This document shows, piece by piece, positions 36,316 to 45,894 of a DNA stretch of 56,145 bases (positions are counted from its first letter, which is position 1; each line of letters opens with the position of its first letter). The stretch lies in sequence record PZ386950.1; one strand, 5' to 3'. The position numbers and the translations under genes are program-made. The DNA is from a phage. Below the pieces are notes generated by a model, which made no database searches, was not told where the DNA came from, and saw nothing but the letters and a program-made list of their open reading frames with translations.

Positions 36316-37461
36316 TTAAAGTGGACGTGCGCCAGTCGGCATCGTCACGGGTTTATTAAAAACAGATTCTGCCAGTGTGCTGTGACCTTTACGCGGGTCA
36401 CTGTCAGGTACTAAAACTGGCTGACCTTCTGGTTTTGTCGTACACATGTCAACAAGTGCCGGAGGCAGTGATTTTTCCAGTGTTGACAATGGTTTTAATT
36501 TACGTTCGTACAATGTTTCAGGGTTTACACCAAACATTGGTGCAGCACCGATCAGTTTTCCTTCGTCCGTAAGCTGACGTCGGGTTTGTTTTGTTGCAAG
36601 TTTAAAACCCGGTAAAGCCTTACCCATGCGAACAAAATGTAACCCCTGAGTATGTAACGCTGTTTTTGCTTCAGAAGAACGCGTATACAGTTCTTCAAGA
36701 AGTGCCAGACGACGCGCTACTTCTTCTGGTGTAAGTGATGGTGGTGCGTCAAGAACAGTAGCCAATTCTAAAACCCTCTCATACATTGCCGGACACATAC
36801 CACGCGCCGGACAGTAATGACAATGACTACCAACATTTAACGGTGCGTCTGGTTTATGTGCTTCGTTAAACCCGTGTTTAAATCGTTCAGCCCATTCCAT
36901 CAATGTTGCCCGGTTAAACTCCCATCGTCTTACAGGTCCGAGTGGGTGATAAGCCCGTGGCTGAACAATTGTGAACACAACGCGCTTAACAGTGTCGATG
37001 CAACGTTGGTCCAGTGCATAATAGACCCCCTGTGAGTTATCAACTGCGTCAACTGCAACATGACCGTATTTATAATCCCATACATAAAGCGTATCAGTAT
37101 TAAAGTCATACCAGCGATAATCACAGGTTCCGTACTGACCGGGTAACAACCAGTCAATGTGAATGCGAACTTCTGAAAACAGCGGATCAAGTTTCGCACC
37201 AACTGAAAGAACATCTGCTATAAAGTCATCCGCGTAAATGTGCATGTCTTCAGTAACCTGAACACCGTTAGGAGCAATACACGGCATTAATGGCGGTTTA
37301 CCTTTAATCTTCTGTTCTAACACCCAGTGCCCGGCTGTACCTTCTTCAGCACTGGGTGATGATGGTTCTACATAATCAATCCGCTGTGACAGTTGAACGC
37401 TACCAGGACAAGCTAACCAACGTTTTGATCCACTGGCACTAAAGGTAGCGTGACTTGTCAT
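36316..37461 (-). CDS. PD-(D/E)xK nuclease, DUF2800 / Cas4-like
   Basis: N-terminal FSASGSKRWLACPG and C-terminal Cys cluster CHYCPARGMCPA. Confidence 0.7.
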   Translation of the reverse strand: MTSHATFSASGSKRWLACPGSVQLSQRIDYVEPSSPSAEEGTAGHWVLEQKIKGKPPLMPCIAPNGVQVTEDMHIYADDFIADVLSVGAKLDPLFSEVRIHIDWLLPGQYGTCDYRWYDFNTDTLYVWDYKYGHVAVDAVDNSQGVYYALDQRCIDTVKRVVFTIVQPRAYHPLGPVRRWEFNRATLMEWAERFKHGFNEAHKPDAPLNVGSHCHYCPARGMCPAMYERVLELATVLDAPPSLTPEEVARRLALLEELYTRSSEAKTALHTQGLHFVRMGKALPGFKLATKQTRRQLTDEGKLIGAAPMFGVNPETLYERKLKPLSTLEKSLPPALVDMCTTKPEGQPVLVPDSDPRKGHSTLAESVFNKPVTMPTGARPL

Positions 37462-38231
37462 CAGAATGTCCCACCCATTTGTTTAACAGATTCAGCCTGA
37501 CCAACAATGTTTTCAGCATCAGCCGGGGCCGCGTTAATGCGTTCAATCAGTTCGATGATAGATTTCAGTTTTACCGGGTCGTCAATCTGCATCACGTTCT
37601 GAGTTTCATACAGCCCCATGATTCGCTGACTTAATGGCGCAGCACGGTCACCCGTAATTTGTCCAAACATCTGCATCAGTGCTGACTGAAGAACCTGTGT
37701 GTTATAAACTTTAGCCGGATCCGTGGTTACAGGTTGCTCGACAGGCGCGACTGGTGCAGCCGGTGCTGCTGGTACAACTGGAGCTACCGGAGCGGCAGGA
37801 ACCGCTGGAGCAGGATCAACAGGTGCTACATAACCCGGTGCAAGTTCTGCAGGTCCGGTATAACGCCCTGCTTCAACTGCTTCAGCGATAAGTTCACGTT
37901 TAACACCGTCAACAAACGCTTCATCCAGTTTTTTCTTCTGACGCCACAGACCGTCACCTTTGTTCAGGGATTTACTGTCAGTGTGGATACGCGGATCATG
38001 ACGCAAACCCCATTTGTCGAACTCTTCAGTGCTGGTTTCGTTATCGTCAACATCTTCAGTTGGTGCAGATACAACAGGCAGTGATTCAGCAACGACAGTT
38101 ACCGTTTCTTTAGTGATACCATCACCCTGAGCAGTCATGAGTGGTGCAGCACCAGTCGCAATAGCATTTGCCAGATTGTTGATCGCAGTTTCCAGACCCG
38201 GAGCAGTTACAAGTAATTTAACTTCGAACAT
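37461..38231 (-). CDS. hypothetical P/A-rich protein, first gene of replication operon
   Basis: 256 aa with PAAPVAPV-type low-complexity linker. Confidence 0.5.
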   Translation of the reverse strand: MFEVKLLVTAPGLETAINNLANAIATGAAPLMTAQGDGITKETVTVVAESLPVVSAPTEDVDDNETSTEEFDKWGLRHDPRIHTDSKSLNKGDGLWRQKKKLDEAFVDGVKRELIAEAVEAGRYTGPAELAPGYVAPVDPAPAVPAAPVAPVVPAAPAAPVAPVEQPVTTDPAKVYNTQVLQSALMQMFGQITGDRAAPLSQRIMGLYETQNVMQIDDPVKLKSIIELIERINAAPADAENIVGQAESVKQMGGTF

Positions 38232-38263
38232 TACGTTTTCCTCTTGTTGTTTGGTTGTCGCTA

Positions 38264-38305
38264 ACTTTAAAAGGTGTTGTGTAATCTGTCAAGAATTATT
38301 TTACA
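38264..38305 (-). promoter_or_regulatory. sigma70-type promoter with UP element (copy 6)
   Basis: minus-strand TAAAATAATTCTTGACAGATTACA plus 17 bp and TAAAGT. Confidence 0.6.
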
Positions 38306-38326
38306 CGCGCCTTTCGTTGATGCAGA

Positions 38327-38367
38327 TGTTAGAGGAATAAGTTGCAATGCGTCAAGAACTATTTTAA
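38327..38367 (-). promoter_or_regulatory. sigma70-type promoter with UP element (copy 7, tandem)
   Basis: minus-strand AAAATAGTTCTTGACGCATTGCA, about 60 bp upstream of copy 6. Confidence 0.5.
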
Positions 38368-38401
38368 ACTTTTTTCACGATTCGATATTACAGGGTAGAA
38401 A

Positions 38402-40063
38402 ATGAAAGCTCGTTATTATCAGACTGAAGCTATCAATAACGTATGTCAGGCATGGTCAAGCGGTGCTGACGACGTGATTCTTGTGCTTCCCACGGGGGCA
38501 GGAAAAACGTTCTGTATGTCTGAACTGGTAAAAACAAGAGACGGTGTAAAAGTCATCCAGGCGCACCGTAAAGAACTGGTTAGTCAAATCGCAATGGCTG
38601 TTGCTCGCCAGGGGTTAGCACACAGATTTATAGCGCAAAAAGATACTGTTAAGTTTGCAACTAATCAGCAGATGAAAACGCTTGGTTACAGTACCTATTC
38701 CCCCGGTGCTGACATCGTTATTACCAGTTCACAAACGTTAAGAACAAAACAGTACGAACGATGGTACAACGACGTGTCTCTTGTATTCAGCGACGAAGCG
38801 CATCACCTGGTGCGTGGCACACAGTGGGGAGACTGCCGGGAAAAATTCCCTAACGCTAAAGGTCTGGGTGTTACAGCTACACCGATCCGTGCTGACGGTA
38901 AAGGCTTGGGTCGTCATGCGTCAGGTTACGCAGATCAGATGATCATCGGTCCATCAATGCGTGAGTTAATCAGCCAACAACACCTGGCTGATTATCGCCT
39001 GATCATGGCTGAAACAGACCTGGAATTAACTGCAGAAATGATTTCCCATACTACGGGTGATTACAAACCCTCTGCGTTAAAAAAAGCGATGGAAGATTCA
39101 AACATCGTTGGTGATACCGTCAGTACGTGGAAAACGTATGCAGATGGTTTACTCACCGTTGTGTTTACGTGTGATGTGGATTCTGCTGAAGCACTTGCAA
39201 AAGAATTTCGCGATGCTGGTATTCCTGCAGAGGCGATCAGTTCACGAAACAGTAATCAGGAACGAGCGGATATTCTGGAACGTTTTGAACGACGTAAAAC
39301 ACTCGTGCTATGTAACAACGATTTATTCGGTGAAGGATACGACTGTCCGGCAATGGAATGTGCTGTAATGGACCGTCCAACAGAATCTTACTCTTTGTTT
39401 GTACAACAAATGGGTCGACCATTGCGTTTCAAACCGGGTAAAAAAGCACTGATTATTGATAAAGTCGGTAATGTTCGTCGATTTCTGGCCCGTGGTTTTC
39501 CACTTCCTGATCAGCATTACAACTGGTCTTTAGATGACCGTGACCGTCGTTCATCTAACAGCAGTGGGAACAGTAATACAACATGTACAAACAAGGGTGA
39601 TCCTGATAACGGTATTCCACCGTGTCTGAAGCCTTATCCGTCTGGTCTTCCGTGCTGCCCGTATTGTGGTCATGTTCCTGAAAAAGCCGAACGTTCAGGC
39701 CCGGATCGTGTAGAAGGTAATTTACGTGAACTGACACCTGAAGAACTGGAAGAATTACGCCGGGCAGTTGTGATAATCGACCGTGACCCTGTTGCGGTAA
39801 AAGAACAAATGTTAAACGCTGGTGCACCCCCTGTTGTAGCTTACAGTGCAATGAAAAACATTCAGGCAATGAACGATGCACAGCGTAAGTTACGCAGCAT
39901 GATCACCACATGGGCAGGTATTCAGCGTGATAAAGGTATACCCGTTGATGACGCTTACAAGATGTTTTACAGGGTGTTTGGTGTTGATGTACTTAGTGCA
40001 CAGGGCTTACGTACTCGTGAAGCTAACGAACTCGCCGCAAGGGTTGCAAGTTCATTAATCTGA
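38402..40063 (+). CDS. superfamily II DNA helicase
   Basis: Walker A LPTGAGKT, DEAH box FSDEAHH, helicase C-terminal region. Confidence 0.8.
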   Translation: MKARYYQTEAINNVCQAWSSGADDVILVLPTGAGKTFCMSELVKTRDGVKVIQAHRKELVSQIAMAVARQGLAHRFIAQKDTVKFATNQQMKTLGYSTYSPGADIVITSSQTLRTKQYERWYNDVSLVFSDEAHHLVRGTQWGDCREKFPNAKGLGVTATPIRADGKGLGRHASGYADQMIIGPSMRELISQQHLADYRLIMAETDLELTAEMISHTTGDYKPSALKKAMEDSNIVGDTVSTWKTYADGLLTVVFTCDVDSAEALAKEFRDAGIPAEAISSRNSNQERADILERFERRKTLVLCNNDLFGEGYDCPAMECAVMDRPTESYSLFVQQMGRPLRFKPGKKALIIDKVGNVRRFLARGFPLPDQHYNWSLDDRDRRSSNSSGNSNTTCTNKGDPDNGIPPCLKPYPSGLPCCPYCGHVPEKAERSGPDRVEGNLRELTPEELEELRRAVVIIDRDPVAVKEQMLNAGAPPVVAYSAMKNIQAMNDAQRKLRSMITTWAGIQRDKGIPVDDAYKMFYRVFGVDVLSAQGLRTREANELAARVASSLI

Positions 40064-40104
40064 TGGTAATCTGCATAGAAATATTTTAAACGTAAGGAAC
40101 TGTA

Positions 40105-40596
40105 ATGACAACGCTTGAACAATGGGCGATTCGTCACGGTATTAGTCAGATGGCGTTGTACGAGTTATACGCGCTTTATCAGCCTGATGGGACACCACAC
40201 GAAGACGGTGTAAGTGAAAGCGCCACCAGTAAAGAGTGTGAACTGATTGCGGCACGTTCCGGGCAACGTATCTGGCGTAATAACTCAGGTGCTCTGAAAA
40301 ACGAAAAAGGAATGATGGTTCGTTATGGTCTTGGTAACACCAGTGCGAAAATCAACGCTGTTATGAAGTCAAGCGACTACATCGGCATTAAAACCAAAAT
40401 CGTTACACCTGATATGATCGGTTCGAAAGTGGGCGTCTTTATTGCTGCCGAAATGAAACGCCCTGACTGGCACATGATCCCCAGTGATAAACGTGCACAA
40501 GCACAGGCCACTTTCGGTGCGATTGTTGAAAACGCAGGTGGTGAATTTCGTTTCATCACTCATCCTTCACAATTTGAAAAATGGATTAAACAATGA
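40105..40596 (+). CDS. VRR-NUC domain nuclease
   Basis: 163 aa with RNNSGAL and conserved acidic/Lys residues. Confidence 0.65.
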   Translation: MTTLEQWAIRHGISQMALYELYALYQPDGTPHEDGVSESATSKECELIAARSGQRIWRNNSGALKNEKGMMVRYGLGNTSAKINAVMKSSDYIGIKTKIVTPDMIGSKVGVFIAAEMKRPDWHMIPSDKRAQAQATFGAIVENAGGEFRFITHPSQFEKWIKQ

Positions 40597-40868
40597 ATAA
40601 AAAATCTTTAATCGCAACAATTGTAAGTCCTGAATACAAACAAAAACGTGAATCAATAACGTCTGAAATTGTTTCTGAATTTGATGACGTTAAAAAAACA
40701 AACCAGCGCGTATCACGTCTACAAAAACTGATTGATAACCACGGTATTGAAGCTGTTGCTAAACGTCTGAACGTTACTGAAATTCATGTTAAACGTAATC
40801 TGCTTACAGGGCGATCTGCTATCAACCTGGTCAAACTGATGGCTGCTGAACGTCAGTTCGGAGCGTAA
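40593..40868 (+). CDS. small putative DNA-binding protein
   Basis: 91-aa ORF, ATGA overlap. Confidence 0.4.
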   Translation: MNKKSLIATIVSPEYKQKRESITSEIVSEFDDVKKTNQRVSRLQKLIDNHGIEAVAKRLNVTEIHVKRNLLTGRSAINLVKLMAAERQFGA

Positions 40869-40871
40869 ATT

Positions 40872-43226
40872 ATGAAAGGGTTACTGAACCGTAAACAGTG
40901 GGTCATGTGGCGGCTTGAGACAGTCGCCGATCGTCCAAAACCAACGAAAGTACCATACAGTCCGGTACACGGTTACAAAGCCAGTACCACTAATCCTAAC
41001 GACTGGTCTGACTATCACACCGCGTTAGGTATGGCGCAAATGTACGGCATGTCTGGTGTTGGTTTTGTATTCACAGAAAACGACCCTTATTTCTTTATTG
41101 ATGTCGATAACTGTCTGGTAGATCAGGCAACAGCTACGTGGTCACCACTGGCGCATGAATTCGTAAACCGTTTTCCAAATGCTTACACTGAAGTCAGTCA
41201 GTCAGGAACAGGTTTGCATATAATCTGTGCTTATACCAGCATACCGGAAGGTTTTAACAGTCTGAACGACCAGAAAACCGGGCTGGAAATGTACTGGCGT
41301 GATCGTTTCGTCGCGATGACGCTCACGGGTAATGGTGATGTTGATATTGATTATACCCAGGGTATTCATGATTCTATTGCCCGGTATGGTCGCATCCGTT
41401 CAGACCGTTCCGCACGCTGGACAACAGCACCCTGTGATGACTGGTCAGGCCCGGCAGACGATGATGAACTGATTAAAATGGCGTTAAATTCGTCCAGTGC
41501 TGCTTCAGTATTTGGTAATAAAGCGTCATTTGCGGATCTGTGGAATGCAAACGTTGAACGCCTGTCTGTGTCATATCCCAGCGACCAGGGAAAAGACTAC
41601 AATGCATCTGCCGCTGATGCTGCCCTGTGCTCACACCTTGCTTTCTGGACCGGGAAAGATTGCGAACGTATTGAACGTCTATTTAACCGTTCCGGGCTGG
41701 TTCGTGGTAAATGGACAGACCGTCAGGATTACCGTGAGAATACGATTCTGGGCGCTGTGGAACGTTGCGATACTGTTTATCGTAGTCAACCGACGCTGAC
41801 ACCAGAACTGATGAAAGCAGTCACACCAGCGCCTACCATCGTTCCTAACGGTGGAACACCTGCGTACATGAGTGTGAAACCCGGTGAAGGTGCATATGGT
41901 TCAAACCACACGGTTAACGCATCCACTTTCGTTAATAACTATTATCCGAACAACACATTGATTTTCGTCCAGCAACAACCATACCGGTTCAACGGTCGCG
42001 TGTGGGAACGTGTCAGTGAAGATGAACTGAAACATCAAATTTCTATGGCAATGCTCGCCAGCGAACCAAAAGCTGACGTGATTAATGGTACGTACAAGGT
42101 TTTGTCGTATTTATTCACACGGGCTGATCGTGAGCTTGGAACATGGCCCGGCGTTGATGTATCACACTATATTGTTTGTCAGAACGGGATACTGGATGTA
42201 CACACGGGTAAATGTGATGCACATAACCCTGATTTCTTTACGACCAGTATTTTACCGTATAGCTACGATCCATTTGCTCGTGCACCAGCGTTTGAACAGT
42301 TTTTAAATACAACTCTGGAAGGTGATCAGGAACGTATTGCATTGTTGCAGGAATGGCTGGGTTACATGCTTGTCAACTCGTATGACTATCAGAAAGCGAT
42401 GCTGTTGATTGGTGCACCACGTTCCGGTAAAGGTACGATTGGTCGCATCATTCAGGCACTGGTAGGTGATGAAGCGTATGCAGGGATCACACTGGAGGGT
42501 TTAGCAAGTGATGCGGTACTTGAAACTGTGCTGGATAAATCTGTGCTATTTATCGGTGATGCTCACAGTGTGTCCGGGCCTGATCGCAACCGAATTCTGG
42601 ACCGTTTCAAATCTATTACAGGTTGTGATGCGATTCCGGTTAATCGTAAATATAAAGGTGCATGGAACGGTCGTTTACCGGGACGTATGACACTGGCTGC
42701 TAACAACATACCTGCATTTGCTGATGATTCCGGTGCAATGGCTAACCGTTTGCTGATCCTACCATTCAACATTTCGTTCCTGGGTCGTGAAGATACCACT
42801 CTGGAAGCACGACTGATGAAAGAACTACCGGGGATCTGTAACTGGGCGATTGAAGGTTTACAACGGTTACGTGCAAACGGACGGTTTACTGAACCAAAAG
42901 CAAGTCTGGAAGAACGTCAGGAAATTATGGATCAACAATCACCACTTAGAAGTTTTATCAGAGATTGTTGCGAATTGGTATCTGATGGTGAGGTGCACAC
43001 TGAAGAACTCTATGGTCGTTATCGTCTCTGGAAAACACAGGAAGGTGGTCCAGCAATGACTAAAACTGCATTTAGTCGGGCGTTTAAATCCACCCTTCGT
43101 GGTAAAGTGAAAAAAGACGTTGTTAATATAAATAACGTTCGACTAAACGGTTTCAGGGGTATTCGTCTTCTCCCTTTTCAGTCAACAGCTAATGTAGTGC
43201 CTTTCCCACCTGCGAGTAACGGTTAG
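40872..43226 (+). CDS. primase-helicase (primase-polymerase N-terminal domain plus P4/D5-type SF3 helicase)
   Basis: N-terminal SQSGTGLHIIC, C-terminal Walker A GAPRSGKGT. Confidence 0.8.
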   Translation: MKGLLNRKQWVMWRLETVADRPKPTKVPYSPVHGYKASTTNPNDWSDYHTALGMAQMYGMSGVGFVFTENDPYFFIDVDNCLVDQATATWSPLAHEFVNRFPNAYTEVSQSGTGLHIICAYTSIPEGFNSLNDQKTGLEMYWRDRFVAMTLTGNGDVDIDYTQGIHDSIARYGRIRSDRSARWTTAPCDDWSGPADDDELIKMALNSSSAASVFGNKASFADLWNANVERLSVSYPSDQGKDYNASAADAALCSHLAFWTGKDCERIERLFNRSGLVRGKWTDRQDYRENTILGAVERCDTVYRSQPTLTPELMKAVTPAPTIVPNGGTPAYMSVKPGEGAYGSNHTVNASTFVNNYYPNNTLIFVQQQPYRFNGRVWERVSEDELKHQISMAMLASEPKADVINGTYKVLSYLFTRADRELGTWPGVDVSHYIVCQNGILDVHTGKCDAHNPDFFTTSILPYSYDPFARAPAFEQFLNTTLEGDQERIALLQEWLGYMLVNSYDYQKAMLLIGAPRSGKGTIGRIIQALVGDEAYAGITLEGLASDAVLETVLDKSVLFIGDAHSVSGPDRNRILDRFKSITGCDAIPVNRKYKGAWNGRLPGRMTLAANNIPAFADDSGAMANRLLILPFNISFLGREDTTLEARLMKELPGICNWAIEGLQRLRANGRFTEPKASLEERQEIMDQQSPLRSFIRDCCELVSDGEVHTEELYGRYRLWKTQEGGPAMTKTAFSRAFKSTLRGKVKKDVVNINNVRLNGFRGIRLLPFQSTANVVPFPPASNG

Positions 43227-43245
43227 TCATTGCACAAGGATGTGT

Positions 43246-43285
43246 AAAATAATTCTTGACGAATTACAGACGTGTGCGCTATAGT
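43246..43285 (+). promoter_or_regulatory. sigma70-type promoter with UP element (copy 8)
   Basis: AAAATAATTCTTGACGAATTACA plus 18 bp and TATAGT. Confidence 0.65.
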
Positions 43286-43316
43286 CTGTACATCAAGTGA
43301 ACAAGGAGTGATTGTT

Positions 43317-43529
43317 ATGAAACCACATTACCGATTAATGAGACTTTCACAGTGTCCTAACGGAACACGGTTTTATTTTTATCGTCTGAAGCAACTATTA
43401 CCTTTCACGTTAATTGCTAACAGCTTCAAGAAACACGAAAGTATTTATCACGAAGGTCACGATTTTAATATAACCGCGCGAAAATACAGAACGTCTACTC
43501 ATAAACTTGTGTGGGCTAAGGTGGGTTAA
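43317..43529 (+). CDS. hypothetical protein
   Basis: ATG 43317 with RBS AAGGAG; 70 aa. Confidence 0.5.
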   Translation: MKPHYRLMRLSQCPNGTRFYFYRLKQLLPFTLIANSFKKHESIYHEGHDFNITARKYRTSTHKLVWAKVG

Positions 43530-43531
43530 TA

Positions 43532-43771
43532 ATGGGTGGTCGTGGATCATGTCGTCGAACTCGTTCATTACGCTGCAGTAAGTGTTATGAACAGAATTTA
43601 CATGGATATCTTTTAGGATACGGTACACGCAACTGGGAAAACGTTGAAGTTACTGGTGAAAATGGAAACACTTACACCTGCCGTTGTGAATCCTGTGGTC
43701 ACACTTATCAAACAACATCAGCGGCTGCACGTCGCGAATGGAAGTGGAAGAAAAACCATGTTGATAACTAG
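43532..43771 (+). CDS. zinc-ribbon protein
   Basis: CSKC ... CRCESCGH. Confidence 0.5.
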   Translation: MGGRGSCRRTRSLRCSKCYEQNLHGYLLGYGTRNWENVEVTGENGNTYTCRCESCGHTYQTTSAAARREWKWKKNHVDN

Positions 43772-44015
43772 TATTTTCATACTTGTATTTTGGATAATCA
43801 TCGTTATACGTATAATTATTTGTGCTGTCATACAAAGAAAAATGATTGATTTTTATTATTCTGATAAAAGTGGTTGGGACACACATCAACAGAGTATGTT
43901 TGATGCTTACCCACAATTAGATACTTTCAAAATGATTTTTAAATTCTGGGTGTGGCCTATGTCAAAATTCTATCCTGAATACAGGAAAGGTAAAAACCAT
44001 GAAAAACATATTTGA
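43758..44015 (+). CDS. small membrane protein
   Basis: MLITSIFILVFWIIIVIRIIICAVI hydrophobic N-terminus. Confidence 0.45.
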   Translation: MLITSIFILVFWIIIVIRIIICAVIQRKMIDFYYSDKSGWDTHQQSMFDAYPQLDTFKMIFKFWVWPMSKFYPEYRKGKNHEKHI

Positions 44016-44196
44016 CCGTTTAATTACTGTTATCGTGTTCCTTGTGTCCGTAACACTAGCGTCTTGTATTGTCGGACTAATGACCCGTGGTAATCATGCG
44101 GAAACTCCGTGGTGGTTTCTGGCGGGTCTTGGATTATTAGCGGCTGCTGCATCAATTGGCGCTTGCATGTGGGGAGTGAAAAACGATCATGACTGA
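43999..44196 (+). CDS. small membrane protein (two TM helices)
   Basis: 65 aa with two hydrophobic helices. Confidence 0.5.
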   Translation: MKNIFDRLITVIVFLVSVTLASCIVGLMTRGNHAETPWWFLAGLGLLAAAASIGACMWGVKNDHD

Positions 44197-44404
44197 GTTC
44201 GGTGCTGTAATCAAAAAAGAAGACCGTTATGCACATATTGACACCAGGATTACCTGGGTTGATATCAGTGAAGCTACTCTGTTCAGTTCAACTTACATGG
44301 CTGGTGTTGCACTTAAAGCACTTCGTGATCAAGGTTTCAATTGTAAAAAAGTAACAATCGCGCCTGTTAAAATCACGCGGATCGTCGAGGAGACAGAAGG
44401 ATGA
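44189..44404 (+). CDS. hypothetical protein
   Basis: 71-aa ORF, ATGA overlap downstream. Confidence 0.45.
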   Translation: MTEFGAVIKKEDRYAHIDTRITWVDISEATLFSSTYMAGVALKALRDQGFNCKKVTIAPVKITRIVEETEG

Positions 44405-45081
44405 AAATTGTCTGGTCATTATTCGACGGTTCCGGGATTATGGGTTTACCGTGGGCTAAGGCTGGCTATCAGGTTTATTGCTTTAATGCTGATTCCGGTA
44501 ATCACGGGGAATATAAAATCAAAATGCAACACCCCAATCTTCATTACATTAATCAATGGATTGATCCACAGTTTGCAATTAAGCGGGAAATACTGGGAAC
44601 ACCTTTACCGTCAATTATTTTTGGTTTTCCGGATTGCACCCTGTTTGCTCAAAGCGGTTCGCAACATGACCGGGATGACGCTGAACTACAGTATGCACTG
44701 GCAAACGCAAAACTGATCCGTGAACTCGGAGAACGTTATAACGTACCCTGGATGGTCGAAAACCCTGTCGGTGCTTTATCGCGTCCTGAAATGATGGGGA
44801 CACCTGACGCTTATTTTCACCCATGGGAATATGGCGGTTATATGACAACAGATGACAAACCTTTTCACCCTAAAATGCCGATGTTTGACGGGTACACGAA
44901 GAAAACGTGTCTGTGGTTCGGTAACGGTTTCAGAATGCCTGAAAAACGTCCCGGACCGATTAACATCGGCTTTTTCTGGGGCTGGAAATATCTGGGTGGT
45001 AAATCTGAAACAACTAAACAGTTACGTTCATTAACCCCGCGTGGTTTTGCTCGCGCTGTATTTGAGGCTAATAAACAATGA
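44401..45081 (+). CDS. short DNA (cytosine-5)-methyltransferase-like protein
   Basis: motif I SLFDGSGIMG, motif IV-like GFPDCTLFAQSG, motif VI-like ENPVGAL; only 226 aa with no recognisable target-recognition domain. Confidence 0.5.
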   Translation: MKIVWSLFDGSGIMGLPWAKAGYQVYCFNADSGNHGEYKIKMQHPNLHYINQWIDPQFAIKREILGTPLPSIIFGFPDCTLFAQSGSQHDRDDAELQYALANAKLIRELGERYNVPWMVENPVGALSRPEMMGTPDAYFHPWEYGGYMTTDDKPFHPKMPMFDGYTKKTCLWFGNGFRMPEKRPGPINIGFFWGWKYLGGKSETTKQLRSLTPRGFARAVFEANKQ

Positions 45082-45473
45082 TAATAGTCGTTACAGGTGG
45101 TCGTGACTTCAACGACAGAACAGCAGTATTTTCCGCGTTAGGACTACTTCACAAACAATTCCCCATTACCGAACTAATTGAAGGTGGTGCGTCAGGTGTT
45201 GATAACCTGTGTAAGCAATGGGCGCAATTACACGGTATTCCTGTACGTAGTTGCCCGGCAGCATGGGACGATCTGACTGTACCAGGTGCGGTTGTAAAAC
45301 AAGGTAAGCACGGGCCTTATAACGCTGTTGCAGGTCATCAACGTAATCAGGCGATGTTAGAGGGTGAGCCACGCCCTACATACGGTGTTGTGTTCCCCGG
45401 TGGTCGTGGTACTGCTGATATGCACCGTCGCATGTTGAAAGCTGGTTTAACTGTGTGGGTGCCGTATGGTTGA
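45078..45473 (+). CDS. SLOG-family protein (DUF2493-like)
   Basis: IIVVTGGRDF ... EGGASGVD Rossmann-like motifs in 131 aa. Confidence 0.55.
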   Translation: MIIVVTGGRDFNDRTAVFSALGLLHKQFPITELIEGGASGVDNLCKQWAQLHGIPVRSCPAAWDDLTVPGAVVKQGKHGPYNAVAGHQRNQAMLEGEPRPTYGVVFPGGRGTADMHRRMLKAGLTVWVPYG

Positions 45474-45828
45474 TGCGTATCATATTACTAAAGTGGAAAA
45501 CCGTGAAAGTATCCTGATGAAAGGTATCGTACCAGGGATAAAACTGATCACCAATAATTTAGATGGTCGTCAGGGATTAGGTGTTCCCATCCGTTCCTGT
45601 AGTTATGATAATTTATACGGTTTCCACCCCGTGTTCATTACCTTTAATCCTGTTGAGGCTATATCAATAATGAGTTATCGTGGTTCTGCTGATGAATGGT
45701 GTGTTGCTGTTATAAACGCTACTAATTTACAACATAAACCCGGTCGTTTTTCGTGGGAGTCAATCACTGATTATGTACCTGCTGATTGTATAAAACGTTT
45801 CGAACCCCTGACCAACTTCTTAAAATAA
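45466..45828 (+). CDS. hypothetical protein
   Basis: 120-aa ORF; stop overlaps promoter copy 9. Confidence 0.45.
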   Translation: MVDAYHITKVENRESILMKGIVPGIKLITNNLDGRQGLGVPIRSCSYDNLYGFHPVFITFNPVEAISIMSYRGSADEWCVAVINATNLQHKPGRFSWESITDYVPADCIKRFEPLTNFLK

Positions 45829-45860
45829 TTCTTGACAGATTACCAAACCTCCCCGATAAT
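45822..45860 (+). promoter_or_regulatory. sigma70-type promoter with UP element (copy 9)
   Basis: AAAATAATTCTTGACAGATTACC plus 17 bp and GATAAT. Confidence 0.65.
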
Positions 45861-45894
45861 TAGCCTCAGTTAACATACATGAGGCTAAACACAA

